Source: an uncultured Candidatus Saccharibacteria bacterium
GTDB lineage: Bacteria; Patescibacteriota; Saccharimonadia; UBA4664; CAZOQX01
Length of the DNA stretch: 64,000 bases
Direction: 5' to 3'
Assembly (NCBI GenBank): GCA_964582465.1
Contig: CAZOQX010000002.1
Span: 7,379 to 71,378 of the forward strand
Under the pieces are notes generated by a model. That model saw only the letters and a list, made by a program, of their open reading frames with translations, had not been told where the DNA came from and searched no databases. Position 1 is the stretch's first letter, and every line of letters begins with the position of its first letter. This document shows positions 39,052 through 47,739 of this stretch, piece by piece. A program made the position numbers and the translations under genes.

Positions 39052-39834
39052 ATGGAAGATAGTGTCGTTCAAAGCTTAGAAGAATTAGGCTTAAGCGAGA
39101 AGGAAGCCAAAGTTTATATGGCAGCTCTGGCGCTTGGGCCTTCGCCGGTACAGAAAATTGCCGATGCAGCCGGCATTAAGCGCGTCACCACTTATGTAAT
39201 TTTGGAATCGCTCACAAATTTGGGCCTCGCCAGTCAGTCCACTCGGGGGAAAAAGACTTACTTCGTGGCTGAAGATCCTATTAGCTTGCGCCGATTGGTC
39301 AAAAAGAAGGAGCAAGAACTGGATGATCAAAAGCAAAACCTGGAGAATATTCTGCCGGCCCTGACAAAACTCAAAAGTCGACCCAAGGAAGTGCCGCAAG
39401 TGCAATTTTATGATAGCGTCGAGGGTATTCGCTCCATCATGGCCTCATTTATTGAGCTCCGGAAGCAGAAAGACGTTAAGAAGCTTTACGGAATTAGTAA
39501 TTTAGATCAGCTCTACAGCTTCTTTCCCGATATGGAGGGAGGGGCAAATCCGGAGCGGATGAAGAGCGGCCTGGCCAGCGAGTTTATCTACACCTATAGC
39601 GGTGGGCCGACACTGAAGGATTCAGACAAGCAGTCGAAGCGCATTTCTAGGTTTGTGCCGCCCGACGTTTTTAGTATTAATGGGGATATTTCTATTTTGG
39701 GCGACAGTGTGGCAATCTTGGCCCTAGGCGGTCAGCGACCGGTTGGTATCACCATCAAGAGCGCCGAGATCTCCAAGGCCATGAAGGCCTTATTCGACTT
39801 GGCTTGGGAAGCCGCGGCCAAATTCAACCAGTAA
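39052..39834 (+). CDS. TrmB-family transcriptional regulator
   Basis: LGLSEKEAKVYMAALALGPSPVQKIADAAGIKRVTTYVILESL wHTH. Confidence 0.65.
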   Translation: MEDSVVQSLEELGLSEKEAKVYMAALALGPSPVQKIADAAGIKRVTTYVILESLTNLGLASQSTRGKKTYFVAEDPISLRRLVKKKEQELDDQKQNLENILPALTKLKSRPKEVPQVQFYDSVEGIRSIMASFIELRKQKDVKKLYGISNLDQLYSFFPDMEGGANPERMKSGLASEFIYTYSGGPTLKDSDKQSKRISRFVPPDVFSINGDISILGDSVAILALGGQRPVGITIKSAEISKAMKALFDLAWEAAAKFNQ

Positions 39835-39863
39835 ACCGGTTTTGCTAGTTATAATTTACACTA

Positions 39864-39893
39864 TTGACGTAAGAGGCATCGTTAGGTATACTG
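39864..39893 (+). promoter_or_regulatory. strong sigma70-like promoter (TTGACG - 17 nt - TATACT)
   Basis: Near-consensus -35 and -10 with 17-nt spacer, read directly. Confidence 0.5.
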
Positions 39894-39899
39894 AGCGCA

Positions 39900-40262
39900 C
39901 TTGTTCAGGTCACCCAGCACCTTTCTTCTGCTAGATCCCCCTGTCCACGTGCGTCTCGCGAACTTCCCCTAGAGACGATCGTTTGTATCAACCGGACTTC
40001 GCGGTGCGAATCGCGCCCCGTGCGGCCCATCGGACGCCAGGAAAGGGGGATAATGAAGAATGGTCCAGTGATCAGAACAGCGAGACCGCGTCACCGCCGG
40101 AACTGGCGATCCGGCGCATGGCGCACACGGTCTCATCGGAGTTGATGCGGGAGGGCGACCCACGGTGTTGATCGGCTACGCCGATCTGAGGGGCCGGCCG
40201 CCCCACACCACGCCCCCCGCATCTCTCCGGACCCCAACTAGCGCTTAACGGGCGCCTTTTTT
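39900..40262 (+). other. GC-rich transcribed unit of unknown nature (candidate ncRNA, or Arg-rich 30-codon micro-ORF at 40053-40145), ending in terminator
   Basis: Bounded by promoter above and GCGC-hairpin plus T6 run at 40240-40266; contains AAAGGGGGATAATG micro-ORF; composition differs sharply from flanks. Confidence 0.3.
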
Positions 40263-40270
40263 ATTTCAAA

Positions 40271-41284
40271 CTAAGCTTTACCCTGATACCACAAGGCGGC
40301 ATATTCTGGGAACACTGCGTTTATAATCATACCGGTTGAGAATTCAAAACCAGCCCGGGGTGTCTTTGGTACTGGTTCTAGCCGCAACATGAAGTGGTGG
40401 TCCAGGCCTAGCGCCGGCTCCTGTAGGTAATAGTTATAGTCGATCTGGGAGTTGTTTAACCGTGAAGTTAGATTCTTAAGTGAGGTCGCGAGGCTCGTGC
40501 GCTCCGCCAGCTGCGCATCTATCAAAGAGGCGAAGTGTCGGCGCGGGATCAGCCAGGCCTCAAAGCGTTTTTTGCTCGCAAATGGGGCAATTATTACCAA
40601 GTTTTTGTCTTCATAAATAATGCGGGCCTTATGCTGAATTTCCCAATCAATAATGTCGCAGACAGGGCAGCGGTCATGCTTCGCGTGATAATCGGCATAG
40701 GCGGCAGCTTCTTGAGCCACCGCCGGAGGAATCATCGGCAAGGCCGAAATCTGGGAGTGCAGATGCGCTCGGCTGGCCCCAGCCTTATGACCGTTGTTAC
40801 GAAAGACGCTGACGTACTTAATTCCGGGGATGGCGGCGAGTACCTTAGTCCGTTGGACGTAGCCTTCGAGTACAGCTTCGATCTGAGCTACCGGTAATTC
40901 GTTAAACTCTACATTGTGCTCCGGCGTATCTAATAAAACTTCTTGTTCACCGAAAGCGTGGGGGTTCGACAGGGTGAGAGAGGGATACTTATTCTTGACG
41001 GCGCGGACTAGCCAGCCACCCTGGCCATCAGGCAAGTCCCAAACTATCGGCTCCATCATATCCTGGCAGTCGCTCGCGTTATGGCGGTGGTCCAGGCCCG
41101 GGTCTTCTTCCTTAAAATCGCGTGGCCTTTGACCACGTTTGGCCGAAAGCAGCACGTAACGCTCTTCATAATAATCTTTGCGGATTTCGGCCTGGGCCGG
41201 TACAGGATCCGCGACGAGAGTTTCAGGCTTAAGTTTAAGCGGTTGACTGTAGGGAGACATAAACCTCACCATTAGCACTTTCAC
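40271..41284 (-). CDS. galT: galactose-1-phosphate uridylyltransferase-like (GalT, HIT superfamily)
   Basis: CPVCD zinc motif and HLHSQI (HxHxQ) active site. Confidence 0.7.
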   Translation of the reverse strand: MKVLMVRFMSPYSQPLKLKPETLVADPVPAQAEIRKDYYEERYVLLSAKRGQRPRDFKEEDPGLDHRHNASDCQDMMEPIVWDLPDGQGGWLVRAVKNKYPSLTLSNPHAFGEQEVLLDTPEHNVEFNELPVAQIEAVLEGYVQRTKVLAAIPGIKYVSVFRNNGHKAGASRAHLHSQISALPMIPPAVAQEAAAYADYHAKHDRCPVCDIIDWEIQHKARIIYEDKNLVIIAPFASKKRFEAWLIPRRHFASLIDAQLAERTSLATSLKNLTSRLNNSQIDYNYYLQEPALGLDHHFMLRLEPVPKTPRAGFEFSTGMIINAVFPEYAALWYQGKA

Positions 41285-41321
41285 TAAGCTTAACAGTTAT
41301 GGGGCAGCTTTTGAAGAGGTT

Positions 41322-42467
41322 TTAAGATTTTATAAAGGTTTCAATTAGAAACTTGGCGATGCGATCGCTCTCGTCAGCTTTAAACTCGGAGGCACGCAGG
41401 GCCTGGTTGAACGGCTCAAGAGATTGGGGCTGGGATAAAAACTGCGTCACCAGTTGAGCGGCTCGCCGCGGCGTGGTAGCGATCAGACCGAAGTGGCGGA
41501 GTTGCACTAGCTCGGCGTTGGGCTCTTCCTGGCCCGGCACGATGTCCAAAATCAGATTGGGACGCTTGGCGACGATAGCCTCGTAGACAGAAATCCAGCC
41601 GGCTTTACCCACCACAAAGTCGCTCGCGGCTAGCAGATCGGGCATGTTCGCGACATACCCAAAAACTCGAGTCGGCGTTTTAAAATCAATTTGTCGGAGT
41701 TCTGCGGCAAGCCGACGATTATACCCGGCTACAAATAGGTACTGGGCATTTAATTCCTGAGTAGCGAGCAGGCGGGCCAGCGCCAGCATCTTCGTGCTAA
41801 GGCCGAGGCCGCCACCGTTTATGAGTACGGTTGGCTGGTTGGCGAGCCCCAGTTTGGTGCGGGCTGCAGACTTAGTGGGCAGCCGGCGGAAGCGGGGATC
41901 GAGTGGAAACCCCAGATAGTGGACCCTGCGCGCGCTCAACCCCGCCTGGACCAACAGATCAGCCGTTTCCTTGGTTGGAGCAAGAATGGCGTCCTCGCCG
42001 GCGTAGAGCCAGGCGCTATGCACTTTGCCCGAATCTGTCACCATTGTTACCAGGGGCACTTTAAGGCCGGTTTTCTTTAATGATTGGGCTAAGAAGTGGT
42101 TCACGATCATATAAGTACAAATGATTAAATCGGGGTTTTTAGCCTCAAGATAAGATTCCAGGGTTGGCCGAACCGCCGGCGCCCACAATTGAATAAACTT
42201 TTTAAGCGACTCAAAACGGGTGTCCGAAAGGAAGTAGGACAAGCGAAAAGGGTAACTGCCCAACCACTTCACACTGTTTTCATAGAAGGGCACGGCCAAC
42301 TTTTCGAGCGGCACAATAAACTTTAAGTCCTTAAATACGTCCGCCACTTCCACATCAACTTCTTCCTTATATAGACGCGAAATAGTGGCGGCGAGGGCTC
42401 TAGCTGTCGCTTTGTGGCCGCCTCCAACAGAGGTGGTAACGATTAAAATCTTCTTCTTTGCAGGCAT
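41322..42467 (-). CDS. diacylglycerol glycosyltransferase (MGDG-synthase/UgtP-like, GT28)
   Basis: N-terminal MGDG_synth-like ILIVTTSVGGGHKATARAL, C-terminal GT28 domain. Confidence 0.7.
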   Translation of the reverse strand: MPAKKKILIVTTSVGGGHKATARALAATISRLYKEEVDVEVADVFKDLKFIVPLEKLAVPFYENSVKWLGSYPFRLSYFLSDTRFESLKKFIQLWAPAVRPTLESYLEAKNPDLIICTYMIVNHFLAQSLKKTGLKVPLVTMVTDSGKVHSAWLYAGEDAILAPTKETADLLVQAGLSARRVHYLGFPLDPRFRRLPTKSAARTKLGLANQPTVLINGGGLGLSTKMLALARLLATQELNAQYLFVAGYNRRLAAELRQIDFKTPTRVFGYVANMPDLLAASDFVVGKAGWISVYEAIVAKRPNLILDIVPGQEEPNAELVQLRHFGLIATTPRRAAQLVTQFLSQPQSLEPFNQALRASEFKADESDRIAKFLIETFIKS

Positions 42468-42531
42468 AATTTAGTCGCGAAGTAATTTCGCTGTATCATG
42501 ATTAGCATAAAGATAATAACCGGAAGAATCA

Positions 42532-43554
42532 ATGCGTCGAGCCCGTTTTAGGACCATAGTTCTGGCCACTTTGGTGCTGTTTGTTGTACTTTTTACCGCA
42601 ACTTGGCTTGGTTTACACAAACTAGAGACTAATAATCGCGCCAAACCGGCCACACTTGGAGTTAGTTTCTCGGATAAATATGCCCGGGAGCTGGGCCTGG
42701 ACCCTCATCAGACGTTTTTGGCCTTGCTCGGCGACTTGAAGATTAAGCATTTGCGCCTGATGAGCTACTGGGACGAGGTCGAGCCGTCCCAAGACCATTT
42801 TGACTATAAGGAGCTAGATTGGCAGCTGGCACAAGCGGCCAAATATCACGCGACCGTGACTCTCGCCATTGGTTTACGCCAGCCGCGCTACCCGGAGTGC
42901 CATTACCCCGGGTGGGCCACCAACTTAAGTTATGATAGTCAGCTTAAAGCCTTGTACACTTACCTGGCCCAAACAGTCAATCGTTATAAAGATAACCACA
43001 CTATCACTAGTTGGCAGCTCGAAAATGAAGCTTTGAACCGAGTGTTTGGTCAGTGCCATGACTTTAACTACGATCGCCTGCAAGCCGAGTACCAACTGGT
43101 AAAACAGATTGATACGGGCCGGCCGGTGATCACCAATTTAAGTAACGAGTGGGGATTGCCGCTGCGCGCGCCGCTGGGTGACCAGATTGGCTTTTCGATG
43201 TACCGGGTGGCTTACATTAAGCCCGTGTGGCACGCCTACTTTTACTACTGGGCACCGGCTTGGGGGCATACGCTGCGTGCTAGAGTGATCCAACGGCTGT
43301 GGCATAAGCCGATTATGATCCATGAGCTGCAGGCCGAGCCTTGGGGCCCGGCGCCAACGGGTCAATTATCGCTGGCGGAGCAGAATAAGAGTATGAATGC
43401 GGCCAAAATTCAGGCAGCCGTAAATTATGCCAAGTCGACTGGGCTTAGTCCGATTTACCTCTGGGGCGGGGAGTGGTGGTACTGGCGCTATACTAAGTTT
43501 CACGACGTCAAACTGTGGCAAACTGTGCAACAGATTTATAAAACTAGCTCTTAA
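42532..43554 (+). CDS. membrane-anchored glycoside hydrolase, clan GH-A TIM barrel (GH5/GH26-like)
   Basis: N-terminal TM; SWQLENEA (catalytic NE) and later E-containing strand typical of clan GH-A. Confidence 0.5.
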   Translation: MRRARFRTIVLATLVLFVVLFTATWLGLHKLETNNRAKPATLGVSFSDKYARELGLDPHQTFLALLGDLKIKHLRLMSYWDEVEPSQDHFDYKELDWQLAQAAKYHATVTLAIGLRQPRYPECHYPGWATNLSYDSQLKALYTYLAQTVNRYKDNHTITSWQLENEALNRVFGQCHDFNYDRLQAEYQLVKQIDTGRPVITNLSNEWGLPLRAPLGDQIGFSMYRVAYIKPVWHAYFYYWAPAWGHTLRARVIQRLWHKPIMIHELQAEPWGPAPTGQLSLAEQNKSMNAAKIQAAVNYAKSTGLSPIYLWGGEWWYWRYTKFHDVKLWQTVQQIYKTSS

Positions 43555-43612
43555 AATGCGAGGAGCCCTCCACGACGAATCGTGAAGGGCTCTCTCGGAC
43601 AGACTTGGTGTA

Positions 43613-44397
43613 TCAGGGCTCGTGGTGGTAGATGCCCTCGGGTGGCATGCCCGTCGGGAAGGGCTGATGCCCGCGGAAGATCTGCGGCTTCATCAGCTCC
43701 CGGTACCGCGCGATGCCGTCGGCCGTTTCCGGGATCCGAACACGACTCGGGTCCAGGTTGTACCGTTCGTCCTTCTTCCAGTCGTGAGCCGAGGCGTACC
43801 ACTGCTGGTACCACGGCCGCACGAACATGATCAGGAAGAGCATGCAGGCGATCGTCCAGCCCTGGCGGGCCAGGTTGGCTTCGACTGCCGCCACCACGGC
43901 GTGTCCGGTGACGGTGCCATGCTCGAGCCCCGTCACCAGTCCGCTCAGCGCTGCAACCACCGTGGACATGGTCCAGGCGACGTAGTAGCTGAGCGGCAAG
44001 TGGAGAAAGCTAGGCTCCTGAGCGAACCACCACACCCGGTAGGGGAAGTCGCGCAGCCGGTACGCCGGGTTCAGGACGAACCAGGCGAAGTCCCAGGCTG
44101 AGGCGAACATCAGGTAGATCGCGAGATCCTTCAGCACCTCCGACCAGCTCCAGCGCCCCGATGAAACCATGGGGTAGAGGAGCCAGACCAGGGGGGTCGC
44201 GAAGAGGAACGCGTGGTAGCCCGTGAGGGGCTTCCCCGTGAACCTGATCCACACCCTCGCTGCCACCGAGCTGCGGCGGTAGAAGGTGGGGAATCGCTCC
44301 GCCCACCCGTAGGGTCCTTCGGCCTCGATTTCGAAGCCGGCGAACAGGAACTCGAGCAGGAACAGCCACAGTGCCGCGTACAGCGGGTGCATGTCCA
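43613..44397 (-). CDS. polytopic membrane protein, GC-rich foreign-looking gene
   Basis: ATG 44397 with GGAGG RBS 8 nt upstream; 6-7 TM helices, aromatic-rich; GC3-saturated. Confidence 0.5.
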
Positions 44398-44644
44398 TTT
44401 CGTACACCTCCAAGTTGTCCGAAGGTTCAGGAATGCCGGATTGGCACTCGAAGGCGTTAATATAGCATAATTCTTCCAAAACGTCAATGCTTAACAGGTT
44501 GAAGTTTAGACATTCCTCTGCTAAGATATATTTCTTAGCGACGAACCAAACCAGGCTATAGCCGTTTGGGTCGTCGAGAGGAGAAACTGAGCGCAGGCGA
44601 CAAGTAAATTAGTTTTACTTCAGCCGGAAGCTCAGTTTGGACGA

Positions 44645-45017
44645 GGGGCTGACATAGCTTCGACGTGAGTACATTTACAGACTATTTAGCAGGTCGGCTG
44701 GGGGCGTTACCTCCAATCTCAACAACCGAGAACTTTGTAGCTAAGCTGAAGAGCCTTTTCCAGGTTCCTCAAGCCGCTTTTGCCCTAGCTTAAGTCTAGA
44801 GCCATCGGCACCTGACACCAGATAGGGGTCTGCCGGTGCCAATCATCTGGTTGCCTTGCTTCTGCTTGCTCAAGCGCTGTAAGTAAGATATAGAGCTGGA
44901 TCACCGCTTGTTTGTGAGTTTTGCGGACGGTGATTGAGAGGATCAAATCTCACTAAACCTGTAGAATGATAGTTTGTTAGCTTGCGGACCGGGGTGCGAT
45001 TCCCCGCAGCTCCACCA
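44645..45017 (+). ncRNA. ssrA: tmRNA (SsrA)
   Basis: 5' GGGGCTGA..TTCGACG and 3' GGACCGGGGTGCGATTCCCCGCAGCTCCACCA match tmRNA tRNA-like domain; candidate tag ORF ending ...AAFALA-TAA at 44791-44793. Confidence 0.85.
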
Positions 45018-45142
45018 AAAGGGAATCTGACGAAATTCAGGTTCTTTTTTGATTCAAAGAAACGATCCGCCCCATTCTACAATTGACTTTTCATTACTCT
45101 TATGCTAGAATAACTCTCAACGACCTCGGAAAGGGGGCAGAA

Positions 45143-45601
45143 ATGCCGGGTTTGTGGTTCTTCTTCAAGGCCAGGTGGGCCCTGCGCAAGCAGCTTCGCG
45201 GTCTGAAGGTTCGTCGTTTCAACGGCGAATTGACGATCCGCGGGGTCACGCTACACCAGGTGGGTTCCCCCAAGAGCGTGCATCGCGCCCTCGGCAGCTC
45301 GGACGGCTGTGTTGGTCCTCAGTACACGGGTTACCCGTCCGGCATCGTCACCAGCTACTACAGCGAGGACTACGACGGGCAGTCGGTGACGGATGCGACC
45401 TACGCCCTCGTCGTCGACCAGATCGGTCGTGCCGGGTTCATGCGGCATTACGGCGTGGCTGACACGGAGCTGGTCTCCTGCGTGTACATCGCAGCGGGCT
45501 GTGACATCCGTCGACTGGCCCTACTCCTCGGGAAGTACTCCCGGGCGGGACACATCAACTTCGACCGCTACCGGCGGCCGGCGGAGATGCTCTCCGCCTG
45601 A
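45143..45601 (+). CDS. hypothetical protein, GC-rich foreign-looking gene
   Basis: ATG 45143 after AAGGGGG; GC3-saturated codons. Confidence 0.45.
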   Translation: MPGLWFFFKARWALRKQLRGLKVRRFNGELTIRGVTLHQVGSPKSVHRALGSSDGCVGPQYTGYPSGIVTSYYSEDYDGQSVTDATYALVVDQIGRAGFMRHYGVADTELVSCVYIAAGCDIRRLALLLGKYSRAGHINFDRYRRPAEMLSA

Positions 45602-45782
45602 TCAATTGCCCGCTGAAGCATTCGTTTTCAAGAACGTCTGCCTCGGCGGGCGTTCTGTTTTTTACAACAGTTTTACCAGATATAACAAATCAAGCGTTTT
45701 AACGAAAATTGACACAATTATCACGTTTTTGTTGTAAAGGTTAACCTTTATCGCTTGTGGCAGAAAGGGGATCATAGCATGC

Positions 45783-45968
45783 ATGTGCACAGAAATTTAT
45801 GAAGAAGCATGCGAGGATTGTCAGGGCCAGCTAAGGCTTATCTTCCGCCACAAAACAGAAGATCTGGGCTGTAGCGCCATTTACGTCTGTATAAGCTGTA
45901 ATCAGAACTATTCTATTATTATTCCGCCAGTTTGCTCCGCCAGCTTGCCACATCTATCAACCGCTTAA
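45783..45968 (+). CDS. Cys-rich 61-aa peptide (CxxC...CxxC), hypothetical
   Basis: AAAGGGGA RBS 11 nt upstream; 8 Cys; native-like AT-rich composition. Confidence 0.35.
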   Translation: MCTEIYEEACEDCQGQLRLIFRHKTEDLGCSAIYVCISCNQNYSIIIPPVCSASLPHLSTA

Positions 45969-46013
45969 GACTGTTACAAATCAAAAAGAGGTGCCCTGGG
46001 CAAGGGAACCCTC

Positions 46014-46523
46014 TTACAGCAGCCCGGTCACCTTCAACCAGGCTTGGTTCTGATCGGCGAGCAACTGGGTCATGTTTCGGAAGATTGATTCCAGCACAAG
46101 CCCCATTGTCTCACCGAGGTGATCCCACTGCGCGAGGCCAACGACAGCTCGTATGGCAGCCAGCTGCTGAAGGGCGAAGTGGGACGAAGCCGGGACCAGT
46201 GTGCCGCGACGGGTAATGACCACCTCTGATCGATTTGACAGCCAGTGTGGGCGAGTCGACCAGCGCTTGATAACTGATTCGAAGAATGCCTGGCGATGCT
46301 CATCATCGAAGCCAATTAAGTCGAGGCTCGAGAGAGTACAGCCCAATTTCGTGCTGCCGTCAGCGAACACGAAGTAGGCAGCCTCGGGCTCGGCCCGGTG
46401 CAATGATGCCAGGATCTCGTACCCGTATTCCAGAGGCGACTTGGCGTCACCCCGGATCACCAGCCGGCCAGCTTCGAGTAAGGCAGCTAGCCGGCCTGGA
46501 TTCATCGGAGAACCTCTTGCCAT
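46014..46523 (-). CDS. hypothetical protein, GC-rich foreign-looking gene
   Basis: ATG 46523 with GGAGG RBS; GC3-rich. Confidence 0.45.
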   Translation of the reverse strand: MARGSPMNPGRLAALLEAGRLVIRGDAKSPLEYGYEILASLHRAEPEAAYFVFADGSTKLGCTLSSLDLIGFDDEHRQAFFESVIKRWSTRPHWLSNRSEVVITRRGTLVPASSHFALQQLAAIRAVVGLAQWDHLGETMGLVLESIFRNMTQLLADQNQAWLKVTGLL

Positions 46524-46720
46524 TTCAATCCTCCAATCGTCTAAGGCCCCACTTACACTTCGGCCATTGACTATGGACCACTTGCATCCCTTGCCCAGGG
46601 TGATTTGATGATACGCCCTCCAGGAAGGGGCAGCAAGCATTTATTGACCGTAAGCGGTTTTTATGGTATAAACAGCAAGACGTTTGCCAACCCGGCAAAC
46701 CCGGACCCTGAGGAGGGTTC

Positions 46721-47407
46721 ATGCTGGAGTACAAGGTCCGTCTGTACCTCAACCCGTGGGGCGAGACAATCACCAAGGACGAGCTCCCGCGGATCCTGAA
46801 GCACGTCGCGGAGACGCGGGCCATGCACGTCGGCAGGCAGTTCGATCTCGGGCACTACAAGCGCAACAGCCTCGGACTCGCCATCCTGGACCCGACGGCC
46901 CCGATCTGGCGCCCAAGCACGCACACCCTGCTTGCGACCATCGCCATCGGCCCCGAAGGTGAGCGCTTTCTGCCGAACGCCGTGGCGAAGGCCGTGGAGC
47001 ACCGGGACAAGGGCCAGCTCGCCGGCTACGGTGCCTACGTGGACTTGACGCAGACGGCCGACGGGGACTTCACCTATGGCTTCTCCTGCCGGGTCGACGA
47101 CACCATCGGCGGGGCCAGCGGCCAGACCGAGATCCAGGATGCCTGCGAGGCGGGCCATGCCCTGGTGACGTTCAACTACCTGGTGCGGCAGGCGCGTGGC
47201 CTGTGGCTGGCGAGTCGCCAGGGACACCCTCGATGGTTCAGCGACGCCGATCAGCCCGCTGCGAAGTACGTCTCGATGACGCAGGCCGGCGCGCTCACGA
47301 TCGTGACCTCCGACTCGTCGCAGGACAAGTCTGACGACGAGGACATCGAGCCGACGCGCAGCTCCACCGACGCCTACGACATCGGGCAAGGCACTGCCGG
47401 GCCCTAG
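46721..47407 (+). CDS. hypothetical protein, GC-rich foreign-looking gene
   Basis: GGAGGG RBS; GC3-saturated; followed by hairpin terminator ~47420-47460. Confidence 0.5.
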   Translation: MLEYKVRLYLNPWGETITKDELPRILKHVAETRAMHVGRQFDLGHYKRNSLGLAILDPTAPIWRPSTHTLLATIAIGPEGERFLPNAVAKAVEHRDKGQLAGYGAYVDLTQTADGDFTYGFSCRVDDTIGGASGQTEIQDACEAGHALVTFNYLVRQARGLWLASRQGHPRWFSDADQPAAKYVSMTQAGALTIVTSDSSQDKSDDEDIEPTRSSTDAYDIGQGTAGP

Positions 47408-47526
47408 CGGCTCGGGCAACACATCACAGGGCGGGTGGCTTCTCATCGGAGAGGCTGCCCGCCCTGGCTCTTTTCAAGGATAATTTAGTTGACAAAATAA
47501 TGCTTATGTATTACGGTATTAAAGCT

Positions 47527-47625
47527 ATGACTAACGTAGTTACAACTAAATTCGTTACGGTAGGCCGAGTGCAGTATCTGCGCGCGGGTTCTTTCCGTAA
47601 CCAGGAGGCCCTAGTGCCGAGTTAA
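47527..47625 (+). CDS. candidate 32-codon leader peptide upstream of ABC exporter
   Basis: Short ORF between TTGACA-containing promoter region and intrinsic terminator; internal AGGAGG-N5-GTG mini-ORF. Confidence 0.3.
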   Translation: MTNVVTTKFVTVGRVQYLRAGSFRNQEALVPS

Positions 47626-47656
47626 CAAAAAGAGTTTGTTGGGGAACTTTTTATAG

Positions 47657-47682
47657 CTCGGCGCGAAACGCCGGCTTTTTTG
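47657..47682 (+). terminator. intrinsic terminator / candidate attenuator in exporter leader
   Basis: CGGCG-CGAAA-CGCCGG hairpin plus T6. Confidence 0.55.
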
Positions 47683-47739
47683 TTGTAAAAAGTTCTTTGA
47701 CAATCTCTCTATTCGCCATCTAGCAGAAAGGGGAAGGCA

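Noticed and set aside
39969-40171. 62- and 64-aa ORFs on both strands in the GC-rich 39900-40260 segment
   Set aside because: No RBS, and composition-driven open frames; the only RBS-supported ORF is the 30-codon one. The region is treated as a transcript of unknown nature instead.
39900-40260. Possible SRP RNA or 6S RNA
   Set aside because: Could not find the SRP domain IV GGAA/AGCAGC motif pair or a 6S-like central bubble by inspection; left as unknown.
43582-44487. Cluster of overlapping 80-160-aa ORFs in several frames
   Set aside because: High GC suppresses stop codons in all frames; only the minus-strand frame with a GGAGG RBS and TM-helix periodicity (43613-44397) is credible.
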